This document shows positions 49,858 through 59,960 of a DNA stretch of 64,000 nucleotides, one piece after another. How positions within the stretch are numbered: the stretch's first letter is position 1; each line of letters begins with the position of its first letter. The position numbers and the translations under genes were made by a program. The notes beneath the pieces were generated by a model. The model had not been told where the DNA came from, did not search any database, and was given only the letters and a program-made list of their open reading frames with translations. Location of the stretch: contig OZ255726.1 in assembly GCA_965277405.1 (NCBI GenBank), positions 2,016,001-2,080,000 on the forward strand, given 5' to 3'. Source of the DNA: Gammaproteobacteria bacterium (GTDB lineage Bacteria; Pseudomonadota; Gammaproteobacteria; G965277405).

Positions 49858-50926
49858 GATCGAAAAACGCCTTGAGCCTTCGCGGTCAATGGTGTATGTA
49901 ACTCCAGTTCTTGCCATATTTTTCACTATTGTCACGGCGATGGTGCTCTTCACGTTTATGGGAGTCGACCCTATTGATGCTCTCATAAATTTTTTTATTG
50001 TCCCGATCAACAACGAGTATGGTGTCACCGAGGTTCTCGTTAAAGCAACACCGCTAATCCTTTGTGCCATCGGTCTTTCTGTGGGATTTCGGGCGAATAT
50101 CTGGAATATTGGTGCAGAAGGGCAGCTAACGCTCGGTGCTATTTTTGGCGGGGGTGTTTTTGTCTATTTTTACGATGTTGACAGCGGGTTTCTGCTGGTG
50201 GTCATGATTATCATGGGTGCCGTCGGCGGTGCACTCTGGGCTGCCATTCCGGCTTTCCTTAAAACCCGGTTCAATGCCAATGAAATCCTCACCAGTCTGA
50301 TGCTGGTGTATGTTGCTCTGCTGATCTTGAGTTTTCTGGTCCACGGACCGTGGAGCGATCCAGACGGGTATAATTACCCTGAATCAAGAATGTTCAGCGC
50401 CAGCGCGACCATGCCGATTCTGTGGCAGGGAACGCGCTTGCATCTGGGAACGATCCTAGCATTATTCGCCGTCTTCACCACTTGGATAATGCTGGCGAAA
50501 ACGCTGATTGGTTTTCAGATCAAAGTCATCGGCTCAAGCGCAAAAGCATGTAAGTATGCTGGTTTCAGCCAAAAAAAAATTACTTGGTTCTGCCTGCTTT
50601 TTGGTGGAGGTATGGCTGGAATCGCGGGGATTTCCGAAGTCGCAGGTCCAGTTGGTCAACTGGTGCCCATCATCTCCCCAGGGTATGGATTTACAGCCAT
50701 TATTGTTGCATTTCTCGGGCGGCTTCACCCAGTCGGTATTATTTTCGCTGGGCTACTAATGGCGCTGACCTATCTTGGCGGTGAAACGGCGCAGCTCAAT
50801 CTAGGACTGCCAACTGCCGTGACTGGTGTCTTTCAGGGAATGGTTCTCTTCTACCTGCTGGGCTGCGATGTGTTGGTCAATTACCGTTTTCGTCCGCTTG
50901 GTTTTGCACGGGCTGTTCATGAGTGA
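49847..50926 (+). CDS. Purine/nucleoside ABC transporter permease
   Basis: WNIGAEGQ, NEILTSLML, GYGFTAIIVAFLGRLHP. Confidence 0.93.
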   Translation: MLLKIEKRLEPSRSMVYVTPVLAIFFTIVTAMVLFTFMGVDPIDALINFFIVPINNEYGVTEVLVKATPLILCAIGLSVGFRANIWNIGAEGQLTLGAIFGGGVFVYFYDVDSGFLLVVMIIMGAVGGALWAAIPAFLKTRFNANEILTSLMLVYVALLILSFLVHGPWSDPDGYNYPESRMFSASATMPILWQGTRLHLGTILALFAVFTTWIMLAKTLIGFQIKVIGSSAKACKYAGFSQKKITWFCLLFGGGMAGIAGISEVAGPVGQLVPIISPGYGFTAIIVAFLGRLHPVGIIFAGLLMALTYLGGETAQLNLGLPTAVTGVFQGMVLFYLLGCDVLVNYRFRPLGFARAVHE

Positions 50927-51848
50927 TTTTAGCTTGTTAGTCCCAGTAATTCTAACTGTTATCACCGCGGCAACACCGCTGGTTTTGGCCAGCATTGGCG
51001 AATTGGTGACAGAAAAATCTGGCGTTCTTAACCTAGGCATAGAAGGCATGATGATTGTCGGAGCTGTAGCCGCATTTGTGACTGCAAAAGTGACCAGCAG
51101 CTATATTCTTGCTGTCCTTGTCGCCGCGCTGGCGGGTACTTGCATGGCGTTTATATTTGGTATCCTCACCCTTTCCTTGATGGCTAATCAGGTAGTAACT
51201 GGGCTGGCGCTGACGTTGTTCGGGACAGGTCTATCCTCGCTGGTTGGGCAGGACTTTGTCGGGGAGCCAATCGCTGCGATTGTCAAACTCGATATCAATG
51301 GCTTAACGACTCTGCCGATTGTCGGCCCCATCCTGTTTGGTCAGGATGCCTTGGTGTATTTGTCATTTGTGATGGTGGTGCTGGTTATCTGGTTCCTTAA
51401 TACAACCAAAGCAGGCCTGATTCTTCGCGCTGTGGGTGATTCGCATGATGCTGCACATTTAATCGGATATTCGGTTATCGGCATCCGTTATCTTGCCGTT
51501 ATGTTTGGTGGGGCCATGGCTGGAATTGGCGGCGCCTACCTCTCCTTGGCCTATACCCCGATGTGGGCGGAAAACATGACAGCAGGTCGCGGTTGGATTG
51601 CTCTCGCCTTGATTGTCTTTGCAACTTGGAAACCTGGGTTGGTGCTGTTCGGTGCTTATATGTTTGGTGGTATTACCCTGTTGCAATTGCATGCGCAGGC
51701 CGCAGGATTTGGCTTGCCGTCGCAAATGTTATCGATGTTGCCTTATCTGGCGACAGTGATTATCCTAGTTTTGATTTCTAAGGACGAGTCACGTATCCGC
51801 AGACACGCTCCAGCTTGTATTGGGAAGATATTTCACCCTGCAGCGTAA
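50919..51848 (+). CDS. Purine/nucleoside ABC transporter permease
   Basis: EKSGVLNLGIEGMM, GRGWIALAL, MLPY; start MSDFS at 50919. Confidence 0.93.
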   Translation: MSDFSLLVPVILTVITAATPLVLASIGELVTEKSGVLNLGIEGMMIVGAVAAFVTAKVTSSYILAVLVAALAGTCMAFIFGILTLSLMANQVVTGLALTLFGTGLSSLVGQDFVGEPIAAIVKLDINGLTTLPIVGPILFGQDALVYLSFVMVVLVIWFLNTTKAGLILRAVGDSHDAAHLIGYSVIGIRYLAVMFGGAMAGIGGAYLSLAYTPMWAENMTAGRGWIALALIVFATWKPGLVLFGAYMFGGITLLQLHAQAAGFGLPSQMLSMLPYLATVIILVLISKDESRIRRHAPACIGKIFHPAA

Positions 51849-51976
51849 TGCCCAAATTTAGGGAATTATATACCATTTTAGCCAAGCACCACTTAACATA
51901 TAGTTATTAAATGGTTTAAATACTATTGACAAATAAATTTATTCCCCTACAATTCTAGCCATAGGAAGGGGGTGTC

Positions 51977-52612
51977 ATGAACAAGCACAACAAACCTGAA
52001 ATTATGAGCGCGTGGGACTTTATGGCGAGGTTCCCAACAGACGAACTGGCACGCGACCATATCGAACGCATGCGTTGGGGCAATGAACCTTATTGTCCAC
52101 ACTGCTGGAGCATATCGGTCAGTCGAATTAAGAACGAAAAACCCCAGCCGTTTCGCTGCAAGGATTGCCGAAAACATTTTTCTGTCACGACGGGTACAGT
52201 TTTCCATTCAACGAACCTATCACCGCGTAAGTGTCTTTATGCAATCTATCTCATGGCTATTGCTAAAAAGTCGATTTCAAGCTGCCAGATGGCGCGGGAG
52301 CTTGGTTGCACACAAAAGACAGCATGGTATCTCGCACAACGCATTCGGGAAACCTGGCTGAATAAGTCCAGCACTGGCGATCTGATGACCGGCGAAATAG
52401 AAATAGATGAAACCTATATCGACGGCATCGAAAAGAATAAGCACGCCAATAAAAAACTTAGGGCCGGTCGTGGGCCGGTCGGAAAACAAGCTGTTATCGG
52501 GGTGCGTGAGCGTAAATCCGGTCGTATTACGGCACGTCCGATTGCCCACATCAACCAAACCATACGTAACGCCGACGGTGTTCTTGGGTACAAGAACCTG
52601 ACGGTTAATTGA
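51977..52612 (+). pseudogene. IS1595-family transposase, internally deleted
   Basis: CPHC...CKDC zinc ribbon, HTH (QKTAW...RIRE), EIDETY; the later catalytic D and E segments are absent at 211 aa. Confidence 0.85.
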
Positions 52613-52623
52613 AAGGATAAACA

Positions 52624-53379
52624 ATGCCGCGCAAAGCCGAACAGCTTATTGAACCCATTGATACGACAATGGACACGCTGACAGCAACTGTCTTTTCAAA
52701 CCAGAGAACTGTGCAGGCCCCGCCGGTTTCTTTACCCAAAGCTTTAACGCCGAACAGCCGCATCAAGATGGACGGGATTACGTTTCTGTCCCTATTGTCG
52801 GAGGCGGTAATCCCAGTCGCGTTTTTCGATCCGCAATATCGTGGCGTTCTCGAAAAGCTATCTTATGGGAACGAGGGGAAGGGGCGCGGAAAACGACGCT
52901 GCGCCTTGGAACAAATGCCCGAGGATGTAATCGCTCAATTCGTGCGCGGTATTGATCGCACCCTGATTCCATCTGGGCATTTGTTTTTATGGGTGGATAA
53001 GTTTCACCTCTGCCAAGGTATTCATGCGTGGCTGGACGGAACCTCGCTTGATATCGTTGATCTGGTTACTTGGGATAAGGGAACCTTTGGTATGGGTTAT
53101 CGGACACGCCGCCGCGCCGAGTACTGCATCATCCTTCAAAAACAGCCGCGCAAGGCAAAAGGTGTTTGGACAATCCATAATATCCCAGATGTGTACCGCG
53201 AAAAGGCCGGACGGAAAGAACACCCGCATATCAAACCTATAGATTTACAAGGCGAACTTATGGCCGCAGTGAGCCGCGAAGGTGATTTCGTGATTGACCC
53301 AGCCGCAGGATCATTTTCGGTTATGCAAGCCACGCTAAATTACCGCCGCACTTTCCTTGGCTGTGATTTGAACGGATAA
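52624..53379 (+). CDS. N4/N6 DNA methyltransferase (beta class)
   Basis: Motif IV FFDPQY precedes motif I VIDPAAGS; WDK, HPHIKP, FLGCDL. Confidence 0.9.
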   Translation: MPRKAEQLIEPIDTTMDTLTATVFSNQRTVQAPPVSLPKALTPNSRIKMDGITFLSLLSEAVIPVAFFDPQYRGVLEKLSYGNEGKGRGKRRCALEQMPEDVIAQFVRGIDRTLIPSGHLFLWVDKFHLCQGIHAWLDGTSLDIVDLVTWDKGTFGMGYRTRRRAEYCIILQKQPRKAKGVWTIHNIPDVYREKAGRKEHPHIKPIDLQGELMAAVSREGDFVIDPAAGSFSVMQATLNYRRTFLGCDLNG

Positions 53380-53384
53380 CGATC

Positions 53385-54056
53385 ATGGCCCGCATTCGGA
53401 ATGCCCGTCCAAAGAATGTTTCTGGCTCTTACGAGCGGATATTCGACAATGCCGAACTCGGCGCACTCATTAGTAAAGTTCAATCCGCCGTCATCACATC
53501 GGGAACGGAGTTAGAGAAAAGGATCTCTGATATGGTCACCAATATAGACTGTCTGGATTCCTTTCTCAAACAAGAAATTATGCCGGATGGTGTGTGGCTC
53601 GCACGCAAGCGGCAAATTAAACGGAGCGATACCCTAGACTTTGCGGGCGCAGAGCCGGATTTCATGATTTTCAAACGCCGACAAGGTGTCCAGTCCTGCC
53701 ATATCGTTGAGCTAAAAGACGGACACGTATTTGATACCAAGAAAGCCAGTGCGGAACGTCAAGCTATGCATAATTTTATCTCGCACAATGCCCAACACAT
53801 CCAATATCGATTTCAAGCACATTTTTGTGCGTTCAATCAGGATGATCAGAATATGATATGGGTAGGTTTCAAGAAACGAATAGTTTTAAACGAAACAATG
53901 ACAGGGCGCAAGTTCTGCGAGCTTTTAGAGCTAGATTATGACGCTATAATCGAGGCGAGGAAGGCTGACGGACCTGATAATGTCAATTTCTTCCTGTCAG
54001 AACTGGTCAAAATAGAGGGCATCCGTCCGCATCTGTTGGAATTGCTCAATGGCTAA
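53385..54056 (+). CDS. Putative type II restriction endonuclease (PD-(D/E)xK)
   Basis: G.ELE, EPDF...IVELKDG; directly follows the MTase; stop codon lies inside the right TIR. Confidence 0.75.
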   Translation: MARIRNARPKNVSGSYERIFDNAELGALISKVQSAVITSGTELEKRISDMVTNIDCLDSFLKQEIMPDGVWLARKRQIKRSDTLDFAGAEPDFMIFKRRQGVQSCHIVELKDGHVFDTKKASAERQAMHNFISHNAQHIQYRFQAHFCAFNQDDQNMIWVGFKKRIVLNETMTGRKFCELLELDYDAIIEARKADGPDNVNFFLSELVKIEGIRPHLLELLNG

Positions 54057-54136
54057 AATGGTATATAGTTCCCCAAATTTATAATAGTTTTTAACAAAGA
54101 GAGAATGAAATGAAATTTTTAACACAGGAGAATGAA

Positions 54137-55219
54137 ATGAAATTTAAGTCGTTGGTATCCCTTGGTCGCGCATTAGCCGTCGTCGCTGCAGTGCTTGCAG
54201 TTGGCACTGTATCTGCCGCAGACAAGGTCGGGTTTGTCTACGTTGGCCCAGTGGGGGATTATGGGTGGTCATACCGCCATGACATAGGCCGTCAGTCTGT
54301 AGCAAAGGCTTTCGGCGATAAAGTCAAAACAACATTCGTCGAAGACGTCAAGGATGGTGCAGATGCAGAACGCGTCATCCGCCAGATGGCTGCACATGGT
54401 CATAAACTTATCTTCGTAACGTCATTTGGTTTCATGAACCCGATGATGAAAGTTGCCAAACTATTCCCGCAGGTAAAATTCGAGCATGTAACAGGCTATA
54501 AGCGCGCCAATAATGTTAGCACTTATTCTGGGCGTAAGTATGAAGGGCGATATGTAGTCGGAAAAATTGCCGGGATGATGACTAAATCAAACATCATCGG
54601 CTATGTCGCAGCTTTCCCGATCCCAGAAGTTATTCGCGGCATCAACGCAGTTGCGCTTGCCGCTAGCAGCGTCAATCCAGACATCCAAGTTAAAGTTATT
54701 TTGGTCAATTCGTGGTATGACCCAGGTAAAGAAGGGGATGCTGCTAAAGCCCTCATTGACCAAGGCGCAGATATCATTATGCAGCATACCGATAGCCCGG
54801 TTGCCTTGCAGGTTGCGCAAAGCCGCGGCGTTTGGGGGGTTGGGCAGTCTTCAGATATGAAAGTTTTTGCACCAGAATGGCAACTGACGGCGATCATCGA
54901 CAACTGGGACGCATATTATATCGAGCGCACCCAAGCAGCCCTCGACGGTTCGTGGAAATCCCAAGATGTATGGGGTGGTTTGCAATCCAAAATGATCGAA
55001 CTTGCAAAATACAATGACGCCATTCCGGCTGATGTTGTCAACATCGCCGAAGCAACAAAAGCGGCGATTATCGACGGCTCTTTGAAACCTTTTGCTGGCC
55101 CGTTTAACAAACAAGATGGTACGGAAGCCGTGGCGGCTGGTGAAGAACTGGACGATGACGCTCTGCTTGGCATGGACTGGTATGTAGAAGGTGTTCAAGG
55201 AAAATTACCGAATAGCTGA
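54137..55219 (+). CDS. BMP family ABC substrate-binding protein (purine)
   Basis: KVGFVYVGPVGDYGW...HD.GR, TSFGFM, PIPEVIRGINA, WYDP, QHTDS; alternative duplicated start at 54110. Confidence 0.94.
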   Translation: MKFKSLVSLGRALAVVAAVLAVGTVSAADKVGFVYVGPVGDYGWSYRHDIGRQSVAKAFGDKVKTTFVEDVKDGADAERVIRQMAAHGHKLIFVTSFGFMNPMMKVAKLFPQVKFEHVTGYKRANNVSTYSGRKYEGRYVVGKIAGMMTKSNIIGYVAAFPIPEVIRGINAVALAASSVNPDIQVKVILVNSWYDPGKEGDAAKALIDQGADIIMQHTDSPVALQVAQSRGVWGVGQSSDMKVFAPEWQLTAIIDNWDAYYIERTQAALDGSWKSQDVWGGLQSKMIELAKYNDAIPADVVNIAEATKAAIIDGSLKPFAGPFNKQDGTEAVAAGEELDDDALLGMDWYVEGVQGKLPNS

Positions 55220-55288
55220 CCTGATACACCACAACACCCCTCCAAACTCGCACTGGAAGTTGGTTGGTGTTAAGTTACTGGTTATAGA

Positions 55289-55501
55289 GAGCATATCGCA
55301 GCAAGTCTGCAACCCGAGTAGATGTTGATGTTTGCCGAGCGCAATGCTGTCGATTTTTCATTTAAATCGATTGAGGAGGTGCGCTCTGCCTACGAATTCA
55401 GCAGACTTCAGGATATGAAAGATAATGTCATAGCTATAGCCGACGCACTGGATTTGACAAAACATCAAATTGCCACCCTCGAGTCATATTTAAGCGCATG
55501 A
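55289..55501 (+). pseudogene. Adenine/adenosine deaminase remnant
   Basis: EHIAASLQPE*MLMFAERNAV...SIEEVRSAYEFSRLQD joined to a C-terminal-like DNVIAIADALDLT; in-frame stop and large internal deletion. Confidence 0.75.
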
Positions 55502-56655
55502 CCCTGGTTGCGGATCATACTGAAACCATCATGCATAAAGGCGAAGAAATTCACCTGCCCCTTTTTCTCGACCATCAGTCGACAACCCCTCTCGCTGCGC
55601 AAGCTAGGGAAGCTATGTGGCATGCGTTTGAATTTCCAGGCAACGCACACAGCAAAACCCATATTTTTGGGCTCGATGCTGCTGACCTTATCGAGCATGC
55701 TAGGGGGCAAGTCGCAGACCTGATCGGTGCCCGAGCGGATGAGATCCATTTCACCCCCAGCGCCACCGCCTCCAACCACCAGCTACTGTATCAAGTAGCC
55801 CGTTCTTCTAATAAGTCTGCACATTTTGTCACGCTGAACAGCGAGCATAATTCAATCATTGAGACTTGCGTATCCTTAAGACAAGCAGGTTACGCGGTCA
55901 CCTTCCTCCCGGTGCAAGCCAACGGCAGGCTCGATCTAACATTACTAGATACAGCCATTAAGCCGGAAACCCGGCTAGTATCGATTCAGGCGGCGAATAA
56001 TGAAACGGGGGTGTTGCAGGACTTGGAAGAGGTCAACAAGTTCTGTATCAACCGCAATATCCCCTTTCATACCGACGCGGTGCAAGCTCTCGGTACGCAG
56101 AAGATTGATGTTGAAAATGGCATCGCGTGCATGAGCATTTCGGCGCACAAAATTTACGGACCGCAGGGGGTTGGTGCCTTGTATGTTCGCAGCGACCTTG
56201 GCGATTCTCTGTGTCCCAAACCAGCGGGTACACCAGCCACGGCTCTGATTGCCGGATTTGGTGCCGCGAGCGAACTGGTTTGCATAAGCCGTGAACAGGA
56301 TCATGCGCATCTTCTCACCCTTTCAACCCTGTTAATGTCTATTTTGACCGAGGAACTTGGCAACGATGTTTCGTTAAATGGCGATCGTAACCTTAGTATT
56401 CCCAGCTGCCTGAATATCATGTTTGCTGGCGTTGCAGCAGAAGACCTACTCCTCCAGGTCCCGGCGCTGGGTCTGTCGACGAACTCCGCCTGCCTCTCCT
56501 CATCAGGTGCTAGGTCGCACGTGCTGCAAGCGATGGGGCTGGATGCGACCCAGTCGGAGAGTAGCATCCGTATCGGTATGGGGCGTTATCTCACCGCGAA
56601 TGAAGTTGATTATGCCGCTAACATGCTGGTGGATGCGTATAGAAGTTTGAGATAA
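55498..56655 (+). CDS. Cysteine desulfurase (IscS/NifS group I-like)
   Basis: FLDHQSTTP, EHNS, NNETG, FHTDAVQ, SAHKIYGP.GVGALY (PLP Lys), NSAC (catalytic Cys), SHVL.AMG. Confidence 0.92.
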   Translation: MTLVADHTETIMHKGEEIHLPLFLDHQSTTPLAAQAREAMWHAFEFPGNAHSKTHIFGLDAADLIEHARGQVADLIGARADEIHFTPSATASNHQLLYQVARSSNKSAHFVTLNSEHNSIIETCVSLRQAGYAVTFLPVQANGRLDLTLLDTAIKPETRLVSIQAANNETGVLQDLEEVNKFCINRNIPFHTDAVQALGTQKIDVENGIACMSISAHKIYGPQGVGALYVRSDLGDSLCPKPAGTPATALIAGFGAASELVCISREQDHAHLLTLSTLLMSILTEELGNDVSLNGDRNLSIPSCLNIMFAGVAAEDLLLQVPALGLSTNSACLSSSGARSHVLQAMGLDATQSESSIRIGMGRYLTANEVDYAANMLVDAYRSLR

Positions 56656-56665
56656 TAACGCTTAG

Positions 56666-56935
56666 GGAAGCTATGATTAAGTCCATGATGGGCGAGACGG
56701 AGAAAAAACGCTGATGATAACTAGACGCAGTGCGCAGATAATACTGGTGGTATTATCAAGTGCTGCAACGACGTTAGCGCAGCGTTTTTTCCCGGCCTTC
56801 TATTGAATATATGATGGTTTGCCTACAAGCGGTACTTGCTGTGTTGCATCCCTTGGCGTATATGCTACGGCATGCTCTTAGCGGTTTGCGCCTTGCAATC
56901 ATCAGCAATTGCAGGCAAACTCGCTCCATCAGCGA
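56666..56935 (-). mobile_element. IS5-type MITE, inner TIR deleted
   Basis: TTAG then GGAAGCTATGATTAAGTCC; follows the 17725 copy until ...CCATCAGCGA and stops. Confidence 0.9.
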
Positions 56936-57002
56936 GGCTTCACCAAATGGTAAGCGCACATCAACCAGTTTATACCAGTGCCAATGTTAACTATATTCTT
57001 TT

Positions 57003-57440
57003 TCATGTGCGTGCATATTTTATAAAAGGGGTTTTAGACCCTATCTTGTCGTATAAATTTCGGGCTGCTATATTGAAGTCCTGTGTCAGCCAATACACAC
57101 CTTTCGCGTTTTTCTCGTCTGCACGCGCATAAATTTGTGATATTAATTTGCTGGCAACACCGTGTTTCCTGTAATTTTTATCCACGAATAAATCCTGCAA
57201 ATAGCAGATCTTTTCCTGCTGCCAGAGGTGTAGGTGATAAATACAGTGGACAATTCCCACTGCATTGCCGTCAATGTATGCGATATATCCTTCACATTCT
57301 GCATCTTCGTCAATTAGTCGCGAAAAAGTCAAATCAAAAACAGTGTTGCTCCTTGCCACCTTGTAGAAGGCTAGGTATTGCTTCCATAACCGAGACCATG
57401 AATCTTTATGACAATCTGTTAAAGCGTGAATAGCTATCAT
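57003..57440 (-). CDS. GNAT family N-acetyltransferase
   Basis: W..LW..YL.FY, CYLQDLFV...R..GVA..LI, VYWLT...N..AR.LYD. Confidence 0.92.
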   Translation of the reverse strand: MIAIHALTDCHKDSWSRLWKQYLAFYKVARSNTVFDLTFSRLIDEDAECEGYIAYIDGNAVGIVHCIYHLHLWQQEKICYLQDLFVDKNYRKHGVASKLISQIYARADEKNAKGVYWLTQDFNIAARNLYDKIGSKTPFIKYART

Positions 57441-57671
57441 GTTACATCTCCAACATATTCACCGCCCTGCGACCCGTAGAAGATTACCCAGGTTTCAAGG
57501 CTGTTATGAAAATAGAAAAATTGCTGCTGCATGATAGCAGAAACAAACAAGAAGTCACATACCTCAAAAGGTACAATTAGTTTTCCATCTGCAACTTGCC
57601 AGAGCCGGAGATCACTACTAGGGTCAGAAATACTTTTTTCATGTTGTTTGGTCTCAGTCGCATTGCATCAT
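57437..57671 (-). pseudogene. Cupin-domain protein remnant
   Basis: AAGGAGG RBS and ATG out of frame with a tail DFLFVSA...TWVIFYGSQGGE resembling cupin C-termini (WV.FYGP.GGE); stop overlaps the GNAT start. Confidence 0.55.
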
Positions 57672-57685
57672 ATTACCCTCCTTAG

Positions 57686-57893
57686 TTGTAAATGCTACGG
57701 AGGTTGTTTAGACATCAGCTAACTAAGAAGCTGGTACTGTATTAGTTACTAAACAAAGGAGTACAGCATGAACAACCCACATCAGCACTTGCTAATACCC
57801 ACAAGTCCCACCAGTGTTATCTGCGCACTGCGCTTAAGTTTCATCAGTGTTGTTGCTCAGTCTCGCCCATCATGGACTTAAGCAGCGGTTGCC
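57686..57893 (+). mobile_element. MITE variant: 37-bp alternative left end plus MITE right arm
   Basis: 57687-57723 matches 23724-23760; 57783-57893 matches the MITE right arm, ending GGACTTAAGCAGCGGTTGCC. Confidence 0.7.
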
Positions 57894-57894
57894 A

Positions 57895-58195
57895 TGATTT
57901 AAACAAGTAAACAGCCGCAATGAGTGGACTTGGTACAAAATATATCCTCCATCGCTGCATCTACAGCGATGGCTGAGGTTATACACCACTTGCATCACAT
58001 GTACGCGCAGCAGCGTTTGCAGTGGATATTGCGGGCCGACCGCCTGTTTTGCGCAGGTTTGGTGTAGTGTTTAGCAACAACTGCATTTAACTGCAGTTAT
58101 GGAATAACAGCTGCTAATTTCTCAAGAAATATTTCTCTACGAGATTTGTGGTTTTGCAGTGCGTATTCCGACTCTGCAAACGTCATTTGCTTTAT
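57895..58195 (-). pseudogene. Decayed IS5-family transposase, N-terminal part
   Basis: IKQMTFAESEY....KSRREIFLEKL..VIP*, GGRPA, YPLQTLLRVHVMQVVYNLS, DAAMED, with stops and frameshifts. Confidence 0.85.
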
Positions 58196-58495
58196 ATCAA
58201 TTCCCAAAAATAATAGTTAGAGTATTATGACAGATTAGTAGGGTTTTTTGGGGGGGGGTAGAGTGTCACTAAATAAATGAAGAAAATTGAATGACACGTA
58301 TACTGAATGTATTCCGTAAGTTTGCAGTATGTAATGTTCGTCCGCTACACAAAGCAGTAATATGCCGACAAATTCCCACGTTGTTGGCTGTGCAGACATT
58401 GCATATGTTGACTGAAACCAGAGGATGCGAAGATAAATTGATAGGATGGGAACGATTAAGAAGCCGAGGATAATTCACTTTTTGGAGGTTGGAGT

Positions 58496-59803
58496 ATGAG
58501 CGTAGATTTTTTTAAAGATATTGAACCAGTCACCTTCAAAGGTCCAAGTAGTGATGATGCATTTGCGTTTCATCATTACAATCCAGACGAGGTAGTGCTT
58601 GGGAAGAAAATGCAGGATCAATTGCGTTTTGCTGTAGCTTATTGGCATAGTTTTGCGTGGTTGGGTGGTGATGCGTTTGGTGGACAGACATTTGCAAGAC
58701 CGTGGTTTCCACAGGACAGCATGGCAATGGCAAAAGTTAAAGCTGACCATGCATTTGCAATGTTTAGAATTTTAAACGTGCCATTCTTTTGTTGGCATGA
58801 TGCTGATGTACGCCCTGAAACAGGAAATTTTCGCGATAACCTGAGTACATTGGATGAAATAACCGATTATATGGCAGGAAAAATGGCAGAAACAGGTGTC
58901 AAAGTACTTTGGGGTACGGCGAATATGTTTAGTCACCGTCGTTGGATGGCGGGTGCATCAACCAATCCTAACCCAGATGTATTCGCATTTGCAGCAGCAA
59001 CAGTGAAGTCGTGTATGGATGCAACGCACAAGCTCAATGGTGAAAATTATGTGCTTTGGGGCGGTCGCGAAGGATATGAAACGCTGCTTAACACTGATCT
59101 TAAATCAGAGCTAGACCATATGGGACGTTTTCTTAATATGGTTGTTGAATATAAATATAAGATTGGGTTCAAAGGAATGATTTTGGTAGAACCAAAGCCA
59201 CTGGAGCCGAGTAAACATCAATACGATTACGATGCTGCAACGTGCTATGGTTTTTTGCAAAAATACGGGCTTGAAAATGAAGTTAAACTCAATTTAGAGC
59301 AAGGGCATGCCATTCTTGCCGGGCATACATTTGAACACGAACTCGCAACAGCAGCAGCATTGGGTGTATTTGGCTCGATTGATATGAACAGAAACGATTA
59401 TCAGTCTGGTTGGGATACTGATCAATTTCCAAATAATGTGGCGGAAGTTGCATTAGCGTATTACCAAATTCTTAAAGCGGGCGGATTTACTGCTGGAGGT
59501 ACAAATTTCGATGCGAAATTAAGGAGACAATCAATTGACCCACGTGATTTGATAGCGGCACATATTGGCGGCATGGATGTCTGTGCGCGAGGGCTGAAAT
59601 CTGCGGCTGCGATGATTGAAGATGGTGGTCTTGCAACGCGGTTACAGGCTAGATATTCTGGTTGGCAATCAAAACAAGCACAAGCAATGCTGAACAGCGA
59701 CCTAGCGAGCATTGCGCAAGATGTTCTTAACAAACATACCAACCCTGCGCCGCGATCTGGCGAGCAAGAGCTCCTTGAAAATTATGTGAATAGGTTTGTG
59801 TAA
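58496..59803 (+). CDS. xylA: Xylose isomerase (class II)
   Basis: [52 protein letters not shown]. Confidence 0.97.
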   Translation: MSVDFFKDIEPVTFKGPSSDDAFAFHHYNPDEVVLGKKMQDQLRFAVAYWHSFAWLGGDAFGGQTFARPWFPQDSMAMAKVKADHAFAMFRILNVPFFCWHDADVRPETGNFRDNLSTLDEITDYMAGKMAETGVKVLWGTANMFSHRRWMAGASTNPNPDVFAFAAATVKSCMDATHKLNGENYVLWGGREGYETLLNTDLKSELDHMGRFLNMVVEYKYKIGFKGMILVEPKPLEPSKHQYDYDAATCYGFLQKYGLENEVKLNLEQGHAILAGHTFEHELATAAALGVFGSIDMNRNDYQSGWDTDQFPNNVAEVALAYYQILKAGGFTAGGTNFDAKLRRQSIDPRDLIAAHIGGMDVCARGLKSAAAMIEDGGLATRLQARYSGWQSKQAQAMLNSDLASIAQDVLNKHTNPAPRSGEQELLENYVNRFV

Positions 59804-59960
59804 CAATTTGCTGCCAACTGCCGCTTCATACCATGCGAGAGCGAACTGCGATGGTGGAATAGTGCGATGGCATAAAGTTTTGACACCAAGTGCAAATTCT
59901 GTATATTGATATTTGGCATGTGAGATGACTCACATATTTGGTAATTTAGGAGAATACAAC

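Larger units (their letters stand above)
51861..54073 (+). mobile_element. IS1595-family transporter IS carrying an R-M pair
   Basis: 24-bp TIRs GGGAATTATATACCATTTTAGCCA / TGGCTAAAATGGTATATAGTTCCC (1 mismatch); 8-bp TSD CAAATTTA at 51853-51860 and 54074-54081. Confidence 0.95.

Noticed and set aside
55498-56655. DndA of a phosphorothioation system
   Set aside because: No dndBCDE or ssp genes nearby; the xdh context explains it better
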